Assembly: GCA_001819555.1 (NCBI GenBank)
Contig: MHMZ01000032.1
Span: 20,834 to 60,010 of the forward strand
Reading direction: 5' to 3'
Source of the DNA: Candidatus Portnoybacteria bacterium RIFCSPHIGHO2_02_FULL_39_12
GTDB taxonomy: Bacteria > Patescibacteriota > Minisyncoccia > Portnoybacterales > UBA2143
DNA length: 39,177 bases
The position numbers and the translations under genes were made by a program. Below, piece by piece: positions 17,119 to 25,219 of the stretch. How positions within the stretch are numbered: position 1 is the first letter of the stretch; every line of letters begins with the position of its first letter. The notes under the pieces are model-generated. The model made no database searches and had not been told where the DNA came from. It was given only the letters and a program-made list of their open reading frames with translations.

Positions 17119-17678
17119 CTCGCGAACAAATTATCATTAAATATATCAAGGGCAAAGATGTTTTGGATATTGGCAGTGTCGGTCAGACCGATAAATATAA
17201 TCTGTGGGTTTTTTTGAAAAAGGAGGCCGGGCAATTGGTCGGCTTAGACACAGAGCCGTCTGATAATCCAGATATTATTCAGGGCAATATGGAAACTTAT
17301 AACTTTCATAAGCAATTTGATGTTATTTTAGCCGGCGATGTCTTAGAGCATATTGACAATCAGGGCCTTTTTTTAGACAACATTAGAAAACATCTTAAAA
17401 AAGACGGGTATTTTATTTTAACCACGCCTAATGCCAAGTGGTTCAATGTTTTGCTTAGGCCCAATCCGACTCATACTCTTTGGCATGATAAATATACGCT
17501 TTTTCATATTTTAAATAAATATGGATTTAAAGTAATCTTTTTTAGATATTATTATGGCAATAAGCCCCATTATAATTTTTTTAAAAAACTCCTTGTCTTA
17601 AGACAAGGAGTGATTTTAGTCGCCCAAGCTAAAGGGTCCGACTCTCGCGAGGGTCGGACCCTCATGGGTTTTCAATGA
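17115..17678 (+). CDS. Small class I SAM-dependent methyltransferase
   Basis: VLDIGSVGQ motif I, GDVLEHI and LKKDGYFILTTPN. The last ~30 codons are encoded by two palindromic elements. Confidence 0.7.
   Translation: MTREQIIIKYIKGKDVLDIGSVGQTDKYNLWVFLKKEAGQLVGLDTEPSDNPDIIQGNMETYNFHKQFDVILAGDVLEHIDNQGLFLDNIRKHLKKDGYFILTTPNAKWFNVLLRPNPTHTLWHDKYTLFHILNKYGFKVIFFRYYYGNKPHYNFFKKLLVLRQGVILVAQAKGSDSREGRTLMGFQ
17588..17611. repeat. 24-bp perfect palindrome ACTCCTTGTCTTAAGACAAGGAGT inside the 3' end of a CDS
   Basis: Read directly. It contains AAGGAG in the right arm and is followed by GATTTTAG. It lies 21 nt upstream of the family palindrome at 17633. Confidence 0.85.
17633..17662. repeat. GGGTCCGACCC palindrome family copy (one arm mismatch)
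   Basis: AGGGTCCGACTCTCGCGAGGGTCGGACCCT. It lies inside the 3' end of the 17115 CDS and 12 nt before the ATG at 17675. Confidence 0.9.
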
Positions 17679-19696
17679 GAAAAATATTTCAAACAATTAA
17701 GTTGGATTTTATAGATGTTGTTATTTTGGTTTTTTATTATCTTTTTGTCTGTTTTTTATTTTTGGGGCTGTCCGGACTTTTCAATCGGTTTTTAGTCGGA
17801 CTGGTTTTGGCGATTTTATTGGTCATACTTTTTTTCTTCCGTCGTTCCATTTATTTCCCTAAAAATTATTTATGGTTTTTTGCGTTAGTTCCCTTAGTTG
17901 CTTCCGGCTTTGGTTTGTTAAGAGGGTTTTTTACCGGCGATACTTATGGGCAATGGCTGCCGGCCGCCAGAGACATTATTTTGACTGGCCGTTTTCCCGG
18001 CTTTGAAACCAATTATTATTTTTCCGGAATGCCCTTAATGTCTTTTTTATTCGCCGGCACTTTTTTGATATCTAATTCTCTTAATGAAATTTTAAATATT
18101 TGGATACCATTTTTTTTCACCGCCGCTTCTCTGATAGTTATTATTCAATGGGCTAAAGACAGGAATTTAGATAAAAAGTTTTTATTTTTTATTCCGGTTC
18201 TTTTTTTAACTAATACCCTAGTTCAGTTCTACGGCAGTTGGAATTTATTACAGGAATCATTGGTCTTGTTTTTCGCCACTGCTTTTTTTTATTATTACGA
18301 AAAATATTCGGCCAATCAAGAGACAAAGGATTTAATATTTTTATTTTTAAGTTTAACTCTGGCCAGCGCCTCAAAGATTTCCGGCTTGTTTTTATTTATA
18401 ATAGTTCCCTTTTTATTTTTTAAGAGCCGAAGAAAAACACAGCTTTTATCTTATTTATTTTTCTTTTCCCTGCCGATAATTATTTGGTTAATCAGAAATT
18501 ATTTAGTTTTTGATAATCCGGTTTTCCCTGTTTTTAACGGGTTTTTTAAGGGAAGATATTACGAGGTAAACCGGCTTTTTGGAGCTTATCATGTTTTGCC
18601 CGCTTCTTTGATTAGTTTTTGGGGCAGATATTTATGGGTGATTAAAAATTATTTGTTTATCGCTTTTCCTTTTATTATTTTATCGCTTTACGGATTTATT
18701 AAAGAACGGCGTTATGATTATTTATTTTTAGTCGGTTTGTATTTTTTAATTAAAGAATATTTTCTTTTTACGCCCAATGATTCTTCAATCAGATATTTTT
18801 ATATGTTTTTAGGATTATTTTTGGTTTACGCTTTGTTGGGTTTGGCCCGGTTGAAATCAAGATGGTTTATTACTTTATTGACTGGCTTGGCTTTGGCCGG
18901 CTTGCTTTTGACGCCAATAGCTAATTCTTCCAGCGCCTTTATCTATTTATTTGAGAATAGATTATTTTTATTGAGACAAATTTTTAATTATCTTCATAAT
19001 TACTGGTATTTGTTTATCGTTGTTTTAACGCCGTTTATTTATCGGGCCAGTCAAAAAGAGGAATTGAAAATATTTTTAATTTTTCTTTATTCTTTTTTCA
19101 TTTTTCATTTGCGATTTGTGGCCAACAAGAGCTGGCTGAATACCTGGCCTTTTATTGTTTTAGCCCTATTATTTTTATTACTCTTTATTTTTAAGGAAAG
19201 AATCAAATATCTAAAAGAAATAATCATTATTTCAGTTGTTTTAGCTGTTTTTGTTAATTCTTGGGCTATGGCTTCGGTTTATTATTTGCGTCAAGGAAAA
19301 ATCAGCTTTCCGGTTGAATATCTTTTTAAAGAAAGCAAGTGGGCTCGTTCTGTTTTAAATAGTCAGACAATCTCCGGCCAGCGGAAAGATTTTTATGTTT
19401 TAATATCAGCTCAAACTGGTTATTTTGCCTGGTGGACAGACTATCAATCCCTCACTCTTTTTAGCCGTAATTTCTGGCATAAAATCGGAAATTATAGAAA
19501 TAATTTATCAGACGAAGAACTTCGGCGTCTGCTTAAAGACAATCGGGTTAAATATATTATTAAAAATGAAGTTAGTTTTGATTATTATTCTCAAGAATAT
19601 GAAAAGTTTTTTCAAAAGATTGCCAATAGCGATATTTTCCAACTTTTAGCCCAAAAAGAAGGGCAATATTTTGTTTGGCAAGTTTATGAAAATTAA
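17675..19696 (+). CDS. Large polytopic membrane protein, probable GT-C (ArnT/PMT_2-like) glycosyltransferase
   Basis: 673 aa with more than 12 hydrophobic helices. N-terminal loop GDTYGQWLPAARDIILTGRFPGF is followed by an ArnT-like helix pattern. Hydrophilic C-terminal domain. Confidence 0.5.
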   Translation: MRKIFQTIKLDFIDVVILVFYYLFVCFLFLGLSGLFNRFLVGLVLAILLVILFFFRRSIYFPKNYLWFFALVPLVASGFGLLRGFFTGDTYGQWLPAARDIILTGRFPGFETNYYFSGMPLMSFLFAGTFLISNSLNEILNIWIPFFFTAASLIVIIQWAKDRNLDKKFLFFIPVLFLTNTLVQFYGSWNLLQESLVLFFATAFFYYYEKYSANQETKDLIFLFLSLTLASASKISGLFLFIIVPFLFFKSRRKTQLLSYLFFFSLPIIIWLIRNYLVFDNPVFPVFNGFFKGRYYEVNRLFGAYHVLPASLISFWGRYLWVIKNYLFIAFPFIILSLYGFIKERRYDYLFLVGLYFLIKEYFLFTPNDSSIRYFYMFLGLFLVYALLGLARLKSRWFITLLTGLALAGLLLTPIANSSSAFIYLFENRLFLLRQIFNYLHNYWYLFIVVLTPFIYRASQKEELKIFLIFLYSFFIFHLRFVANKSWLNTWPFIVLALLFLLLFIFKERIKYLKEIIIISVVLAVFVNSWAMASVYYLRQGKISFPVEYLFKESKWARSVLNSQTISGQRKDFYVLISAQTGYFAWWTDYQSLTLFSRNFWHKIGNYRNNLSDEELRRLLKDNRVKYIIKNEVSFDYYSQEYEKFFQKIANSDIFQLLAQKEGQYFVWQVYEN

Positions 19697-20861
19697 AAAT
19701 TACCAAGAAAATATTTTTTTCTTAATTTTCACCTTTCTTTTAGCCCCGTTTTTTTACGGGTTAATTTTGATTAACCGCTCTAAAAAAAATGAATTAAAAA
19801 GACCATTAAAATTTTTAGTTATTCAATTCGCTAAAATAGGCGATTTAGTTTGCAGCACGCCGGTTTTTAGAGAAATTAAAAAACATTATCCCTCAAGTTT
19901 TTTAAGCGTTTTAGTTATCCCAAGAGTTGAGGGTATTTTAATAAACAATCCGCATCTAGATGAAATTATTCTGCTTGACCGGGAAAAATACCAGGGTATC
20001 AGGGGGATTTTTAAATTAATTAAAGAGATAAGAGACAGACATTTTGATTGGAGTTTTAGTTTACTGCCCGGTCTTTTGAATAATCTGATTCCTTTTTGGG
20101 CGGCTGTTCCTCATCGGGCGGCGACTACTTCTAAATATACTACCAAGGGAGCTAAGGTTTTTTCTATTTTCAATAATTATCGCTTAGAGTATAAGAGGCA
20201 TACCTTGGCTTTAAGGCATTATTTAAATTTATTAAGATTTATTAATATTACAAAATTTAGCGAGAAAAAAGAGCTTTTTGTCGGCTTAAAAGAAGAAAAA
20301 AAAGCTCTTCATTTTTTAGAAGAACATAATTTGAAAAAAGAAGATTTTTTAGTTGGTATTTCAGTAACGGCCGGCAATAAATTTAAGGAATGGTCTTTGG
20401 AAAAATTCGCCCGCTTAGCCGATAGATTGATTCAGGAATTTGACGCTAAAATAATTTTCATGGGCGCGGCTCAGGAAAAAGCGTTTATTTCTCAAGCCCA
20501 AATCCTGATGAAAGGAAAAAGCATTGATTCAAGCCAGTTTTTTAGTTTATCGGAAGCGCCGGCCCTGTTTCAATATTTGAAAATGTTTATTAGCGTGGAT
20601 ACCGGTTCTTTGTATATGGCCAATGCGATGGGCGCGCCGATAGTTGACATTTCAGGGCCGATTGATATTTATGAGCAGCCGCCCTTGGGAGATAAGTGCG
20701 AGATTGTTCAGAAAAAGTTAGCTTGTCTACCCTGTTCTTTTATTGTGCCGCCGGCCCGATTCTGCAGAAAAGGAACTCGTCAATGCATTGAAGATATTAC
20801 AGTTGACGATGTTTTTGAGGCAGTCAAGCGATTATACTTTTCTGAAAAGAAAAAGATATAA
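19686..20861 (+). CDS. GT9-family glycosyltransferase (heptosyltransferase-like) with N-terminal TM helix
   Basis: LVIQFAKIGDLVCSTPVFREIKKHYP is the typical GT9 N-terminal motif. C-terminal SVDTGSLYMANAMGAP. The track start is TTG 19671. ATG 19686 is the more likely start. Confidence 0.8.
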   Translation: MKIKNYQENIFFLIFTFLLAPFFYGLILINRSKKNELKRPLKFLVIQFAKIGDLVCSTPVFREIKKHYPSSFLSVLVIPRVEGILINNPHLDEIILLDREKYQGIRGIFKLIKEIRDRHFDWSFSLLPGLLNNLIPFWAAVPHRAATTSKYTTKGAKVFSIFNNYRLEYKRHTLALRHYLNLLRFINITKFSEKKELFVGLKEEKKALHFLEEHNLKKEDFLVGISVTAGNKFKEWSLEKFARLADRLIQEFDAKIIFMGAAQEKAFISQAQILMKGKSIDSSQFFSLSEAPALFQYLKMFISVDTGSLYMANAMGAPIVDISGPIDIYEQPPLGDKCEIVQKKLACLPCSFIVPPARFCRKGTRQCIEDITVDDVFEAVKRLYFSEKKKI

Positions 20862-22112
20862 AAAAACATTAAATGTCCTGGCGAAAAGCGCGCTTAAAAT
20901 AGCCCCCCAGATTCCATATAAAGGGATTAAAACAACAGACAAGCCGATTTTCACTAAAGGACCGATGATTCTTATTTGATAAATTTCTTTAATTACCATT
21001 TTTGCTTTAAAAATTTCGCTAATCATAGAAAAGGATACAGGAATTACGGATAAGGCATATAATTGAGAATAAGGAATGGCTGTTAGATATTTAGGAAAGA
21101 GAATTTTATAGACCCAAGGAGCAATAATAATGTAGAATATCACTAAAACGCTTATCAGGGCGGTTAGATAGTAGATTTTTTTAATAAAGGTTTTTTTTAA
21201 TTCTTCTCGAGAGCGAATTGATAATTTAGGCAAAGACAGAACGGCAATATGGTCGATAACCACTCTGATTTGTTTAGGTACCAAAACAGCGAAAGAATAA
21301 ACGGCTAATTCGATGGCGCCCAAATAATGAAAAAGGAGAATTTTATCTAAATATTCGGACAGGGTTCCGATAAATCCAGTCAGGGTTAAATGTTTGCCAT
21401 AGGAAACAGTTTCAGCTTCCTCTTGGCTATTAGGATTAAATTTCCTTTTTGTTTTAATAAGAAAGAAAAGCCGCAATAAAGTCCTCGAAAGGTAGTAAAT
21501 AAAAATTATTAAAAGAAGAACAATAAAGTTCGGGGCGTTGGATAGAAAATGTTTAACGGAAAAAAGAGTTAAAATCATTATTGAAGCCGCGGCAACTTGG
21601 GTAAGAGAATCGTATTTTACCTGAAAATTAAATAATTTTTTACCGCTTAAGAAGCTGGCGTAAATTAAAGAAGCGTTGAAAAGCGGAAGAAAGGCGGCGA
21701 CTACTAAAAAGCATAAAGCGAGAAGGACATTATCTTTAAGCCAATAATAATATCCGGCGGCAGTTAGAGAGGCCAGACTGGCTAAAATCCCCCATTTGAG
21801 CTGTGTTTTAAAGCCGCGCATAAATGAGCCTTCTAAATTTCTGGCTACGGCTTGGACCACGGCTGTTTCTAATTCGGGCAGGGAAAAAACAGAAATGATT
21901 GCCGTTAAGGAAAGAATATATTGGTAATTGCCGTAGATTTCCGGATTAATCCAATTAGCCCAAGCCAGAGCCACTACAAAGGCAGACGTCAGATTAACTG
22001 CTTTACCCAACATTAAATAGGACCCGCCCTTAACGAGATAAAGAAGGTCAATTTTAAAATAATTTTGAAGTTTATAGATAAAAGACGCAGTTAATTCTTG
22101 AATTTTAGGCAT
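20832..22112 (-). CDS. Polysaccharide biosynthesis protein / Wzx-like flippase (MOP superfamily)
   Basis: 426 aa and polytopic throughout. The N-terminal pattern (LVKGGSYLMLGKAVNLTSAFVVALAWANWINPEIYGNYQYILSL) is typical of Wzx-like proteins. It is the only minus-strand gene. Its 3' end overlaps the convergent GT9 gene by 30 nt. Confidence 0.75.
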   Translation of the reverse strand: MPKIQELTASFIYKLQNYFKIDLLYLVKGGSYLMLGKAVNLTSAFVVALAWANWINPEIYGNYQYILSLTAIISVFSLPELETAVVQAVARNLEGSFMRGFKTQLKWGILASLASLTAAGYYYWLKDNVLLALCFLVVAAFLPLFNASLIYASFLSGKKLFNFQVKYDSLTQVAAASIMILTLFSVKHFLSNAPNFIVLLLIIFIYYLSRTLLRLFFLIKTKRKFNPNSQEEAETVSYGKHLTLTGFIGTLSEYLDKILLFHYLGAIELAVYSFAVLVPKQIRVVIDHIAVLSLPKLSIRSREELKKTFIKKIYYLTALISVLVIFYIIIAPWVYKILFPKYLTAIPYSQLYALSVIPVSFSMISEIFKAKMVIKEIYQIRIIGPLVKIGLSVVLIPLYGIWGAILSALFARTFNVFLYLFLFRKV

Positions 22113-22153
22113 ATATGAATTTTAAGATAAATAAAGCAATTTAGCAATAATTT

Positions 22154-23311
22154 ATGTCTAAAGAGCCAAAAAGAGAATCTCTTAATAATTTACAAAATAT
22201 CTTTCATAGAATCTTAGAAAGATATCTTCAAACTTCAGATAAATATTATCTTAATTTTATTCAGGATGAATTGCCGAGATATTTATCCATTAGAAACAGA
22301 GAATTTTCATTCTACTCTAAACCCGTTTTTAAAGCTAATCCCAGAAATCAATCACAGTTGATAATAGATTTATATAATGATTTAAATGAAATTAAAATAC
22401 AGATTCTGGCCGAGCTCAATTTAAAAGTTTTTACTTTAAATATCAAGCGGTTTAATTACATCTATTTTAAAAGTTCGGGCTGGCAATACCAAGTTATTCA
22501 TTTTCTCCAGAAAGAAAGCAGTAAAAGATTAAATCAGTTTATCACTTCTTTTCTTATCCACGGCAGTTTTGCCACCGGGGATTTTTTGAAAGACTGGAGC
22601 GATTTGGACACTAAAATAATCCTTAACGATTTCGTTTTCCAAAGCTCCCGTCATTTAGATTACGCCGCCAAATGGTTTAGAAAACTCTCTCTTTTATGCG
22701 ACAAAATTGACCCTTTATCCCACCATCGTTTTTCTTTTTTAACTAATTTTGATTTAAGTTATTACCCCGCCTTTTTTCTGCCCAAAGAGGTTTATAATTA
22801 CGCTTTGCTTTTAAACGGCCAACCGGAGATAAAAATCAATTTGAGGCCGGATAAGGACGAAATAAAAAAGCAAATGATTAAATTTGTCGGTTATTTTAAA
22901 GACAAGGTCTTAGATAAAAAATACAGCCGAAATCAGGGTCAGTTTAAAAATGATTTAGCCCGTTTGATGCTTTGGCCTTCTTTGATGCTTCAGACGAAAG
23001 ATATTTATATTTATAAAAAATATTCTTTTAAAAAAGCTAAACAGGAATTTCCTCAAGTTGATTTTAGTCTTGTTGACGAGGCCGGCGCCATAAGAGAGCA
23101 GTGGTCGGGCTCTAATCTTTTAAGGTACTATCCGGATTCCCTTTTCACTCTTTTGCCCTTTCGCTTTAATCAAATAATAATTAATCAATATAAGAGATAT
23201 TTAAACGGCCGGCCGCTTCCGAAAACCAGAAAAGAAATTGAGATATTTACCCGGGAAGCTTATTATTTTTTAAAAAAAACATTTAATTTAATTAAAAATG
23301 AACAAAAATAA
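22154..23311 (+). CDS. Uncharacterised protein with Pol-beta-type nucleotidyltransferase-fold signature
   Basis: hG[GS]x(9-13)DhD signature in IHGSFATGDFLKDWSDLDTKII. 385 aa with no TM segments. Confidence 0.5.
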   Translation: MSKEPKRESLNNLQNIFHRILERYLQTSDKYYLNFIQDELPRYLSIRNREFSFYSKPVFKANPRNQSQLIIDLYNDLNEIKIQILAELNLKVFTLNIKRFNYIYFKSSGWQYQVIHFLQKESSKRLNQFITSFLIHGSFATGDFLKDWSDLDTKIILNDFVFQSSRHLDYAAKWFRKLSLLCDKIDPLSHHRFSFLTNFDLSYYPAFFLPKEVYNYALLLNGQPEIKINLRPDKDEIKKQMIKFVGYFKDKVLDKKYSRNQGQFKNDLARLMLWPSLMLQTKDIYIYKKYSFKKAKQEFPQVDFSLVDEAGAIREQWSGSNLLRYYPDSLFTLLPFRFNQIIINQYKRYLNGRPLPKTRKEIEIFTREAYYFLKKTFNLIKNEQK

Positions 23312-24461
23312 TTTTAAAAAATATCATTTTTTTAATCTCCCCCAGCCCTTAAAAGAAGCTGATTATCAAGGGGCTTGTGATTTAGTCGTTAGTGATTTGA
23401 AGGACAACCCTAATGTTTTTTCACTTTATCTATGCGGCAATCAATGGTTGCCGGGGGTCTCTGATATTGATATTATTGTGGTAACAAGAGATGCCAAACC
23501 TCTAAAAATTAAAATGCCCTGGCAACTTTCAGATAATTCTAAATTTATCTTCATTCATAAATACGGCTTATTAAACAAAAAAAATTTTCAGAAAGTATTT
23601 TATCTATTGAAGCTATTCCCGGAGAAAAACCGATTTTTAGCCGGTCGAAGAATAAAGATAAGAAAACCACTTAAAGAATTAGATAGAGACAGTTATAACT
23701 CCTTACAGGCTTTTTTTGTTTTTGATTATCTGATTAATAAACTACTGCTTATTCCTAAGTATTTACAAATAGATAATTTTAATGTAAGAAATGTTTTGGG
23801 AGAGATTTATTCTATCGGTCATACAATAGCTTTAATTAAGCAACTGACCGATAAAGACATCGCTCCGGATTTTTGTCAAAAAATAGAGCAATTGAGACAT
23901 AATTGGTTTAGTTTATCAGAACAAGCCAATCTTGGTTTATTATTGAAATACTTATCTGAAGCGCCGGGAATCCTCTTGGAAATAGTTTCTGCTTTGGATT
24001 GGTATACTCAAAATAAATTCCCCCTTGGTCAGCTGCCGTCAAAAATTACTTTTTCTAATGAAAGATATTATATTAAGTTTATTAAAAATTGGCATAAAGA
24101 AAATTTCTTGAATGATTTTAAAAAAACTATTCATCTCAAAAATCCATTTTCTCAAAGAGATATTTTTAATTTTTATTTAGTCTTGCCAAGGAGTTTGGTT
24201 TTTTATCTTTATGCTTATTCTAGCGCTCCCGGCTGTTTGGCTGATCTTTTATCCCAAGCGCTTTCATTTAAAACCGAGGTTAAAATGGATCAGGGAATTG
24301 AGAAACATGCTCGTTATATCAATGAACTTCTTTCCGATGTCAAAAAAAGTAATGGCTTTTTAAGTCCTGTTTTCCCTTATGGTTTTTTCTTTTCTCAAAG
24401 GACTTTACCTAGTAAAATAGGCAGTTATTCGTTAAAATTTTTGCGTTTTTTTATTAGATAA
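23298..24461 (+). CDS. Uncharacterised protein, probable diverged paralog of 22154 (degenerate nucleotidyltransferase-fold signature)
   Basis: LYLCGNQWLPGVSDIDIIVV at a position comparable to the signature in the upstream protein. 387 aa. 14-nt overlap with the upstream gene. Confidence 0.4.
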   Translation: MNKNNFKKYHFFNLPQPLKEADYQGACDLVVSDLKDNPNVFSLYLCGNQWLPGVSDIDIIVVTRDAKPLKIKMPWQLSDNSKFIFIHKYGLLNKKNFQKVFYLLKLFPEKNRFLAGRRIKIRKPLKELDRDSYNSLQAFFVFDYLINKLLLIPKYLQIDNFNVRNVLGEIYSIGHTIALIKQLTDKDIAPDFCQKIEQLRHNWFSLSEQANLGLLLKYLSEAPGILLEIVSALDWYTQNKFPLGQLPSKITFSNERYYIKFIKNWHKENFLNDFKKTIHLKNPFSQRDIFNFYLVLPRSLVFYLYAYSSAPGCLADLLSQALSFKTEVKMDQGIEKHARYINELLSDVKKSNGFLSPVFPYGFFFSQRTLPSKIGSYSLKFLRFFIR

Positions 24462-24466
24462 CTAAT

Positions 24467-25216
24467 ATGGATAACGAAATTGAATTTAAGAAATACCAAG
24501 AACGGGGCGCTTGCCATATTAAAGAGACCAAAAAGTCTATTTTCCATTTTAACGCTGTTCAACAGGCGCGTTTTGATTTGATATTGAAACATCTGGACAG
24601 CATTCAGGGAAAGACGGTTTTGGATTTGGGTTGCGGCGATGGAGCTTTGACCAGTTTTATTTGTCAAAAGGGGGCCAAGGTAATCGGCCTTGATAATCAG
24701 GAATTGGGGTTGAAGTTTGCTAAGGAATTTCTAAAGAGTCAAGGATTAGAAGCGGAATTAATTTTAGCCGATGTCTATCAAATTCCCCTAAAGGATAATT
24801 CGGTTGATTTTGTAGTTGCTTCTGATATTATTGAACACGTGAGAAAGCCGGATAAATTGCTTAGAGAAGCTCAGCGGGTTTTAAAAACAGGAGGAACAAT
24901 TATTATTACCACTCCCTATCGTTTGACTGAAAAGCCAATGGACCCGTTTCATTACAGAGAGTTTTACCCTAAAGAACTTAAGAAATTAGTTAGGCCCTAC
25001 TTTAAAGATATTGAGATTAAAGAATTTCAACCGGCTTTTTGGTTTTGTCTTTATAATTATGAGCCGCGCTTTCCAAAATGCCAGTATCTTTTGAGGTATC
25101 TTATTAATCTTTATGTTCTTTATTTTAATAGAAATCCATTATTAAAAGATTCGAGCATGAACATAAGGAGAAAAAGAGATTTTTATACTCATATTTTTAT
25201 CAAGGCTAGAAAGTAA
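24467..25216 (+). CDS. Class I SAM-dependent methyltransferase
   Basis: Motif I VLDLGCGDGALT, SDIIEHV and LKTGGTIIITTPY. Confidence 0.9.
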   Translation: MDNEIEFKKYQERGACHIKETKKSIFHFNAVQQARFDLILKHLDSIQGKTVLDLGCGDGALTSFICQKGAKVIGLDNQELGLKFAKEFLKSQGLEAELILADVYQIPLKDNSVDFVVASDIIEHVRKPDKLLREAQRVLKTGGTIIITTPYRLTEKPMDPFHYREFYPKELKKLVRPYFKDIEIKEFQPAFWFCLYNYEPRFPKCQYLLRYLINLYVLYFNRNPLLKDSSMNIRRKRDFYTHIFIKARK

Positions 25217-25219
25217 ATT

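Noticed and set aside
22154-24461. NTase-fold pair as a defence or toxin-antitoxin module (CBASS-like cyclase or MNT-HEPN)
   Set aside because: There is no HEPN partner, effector, or cap-like or phage-related gene. Both proteins are about 385 aa, much larger than MNT antitoxins. They are translationally linked to methyltransferase and radical SAM genes. The context favours a biosynthetic role, though this remains unproven.
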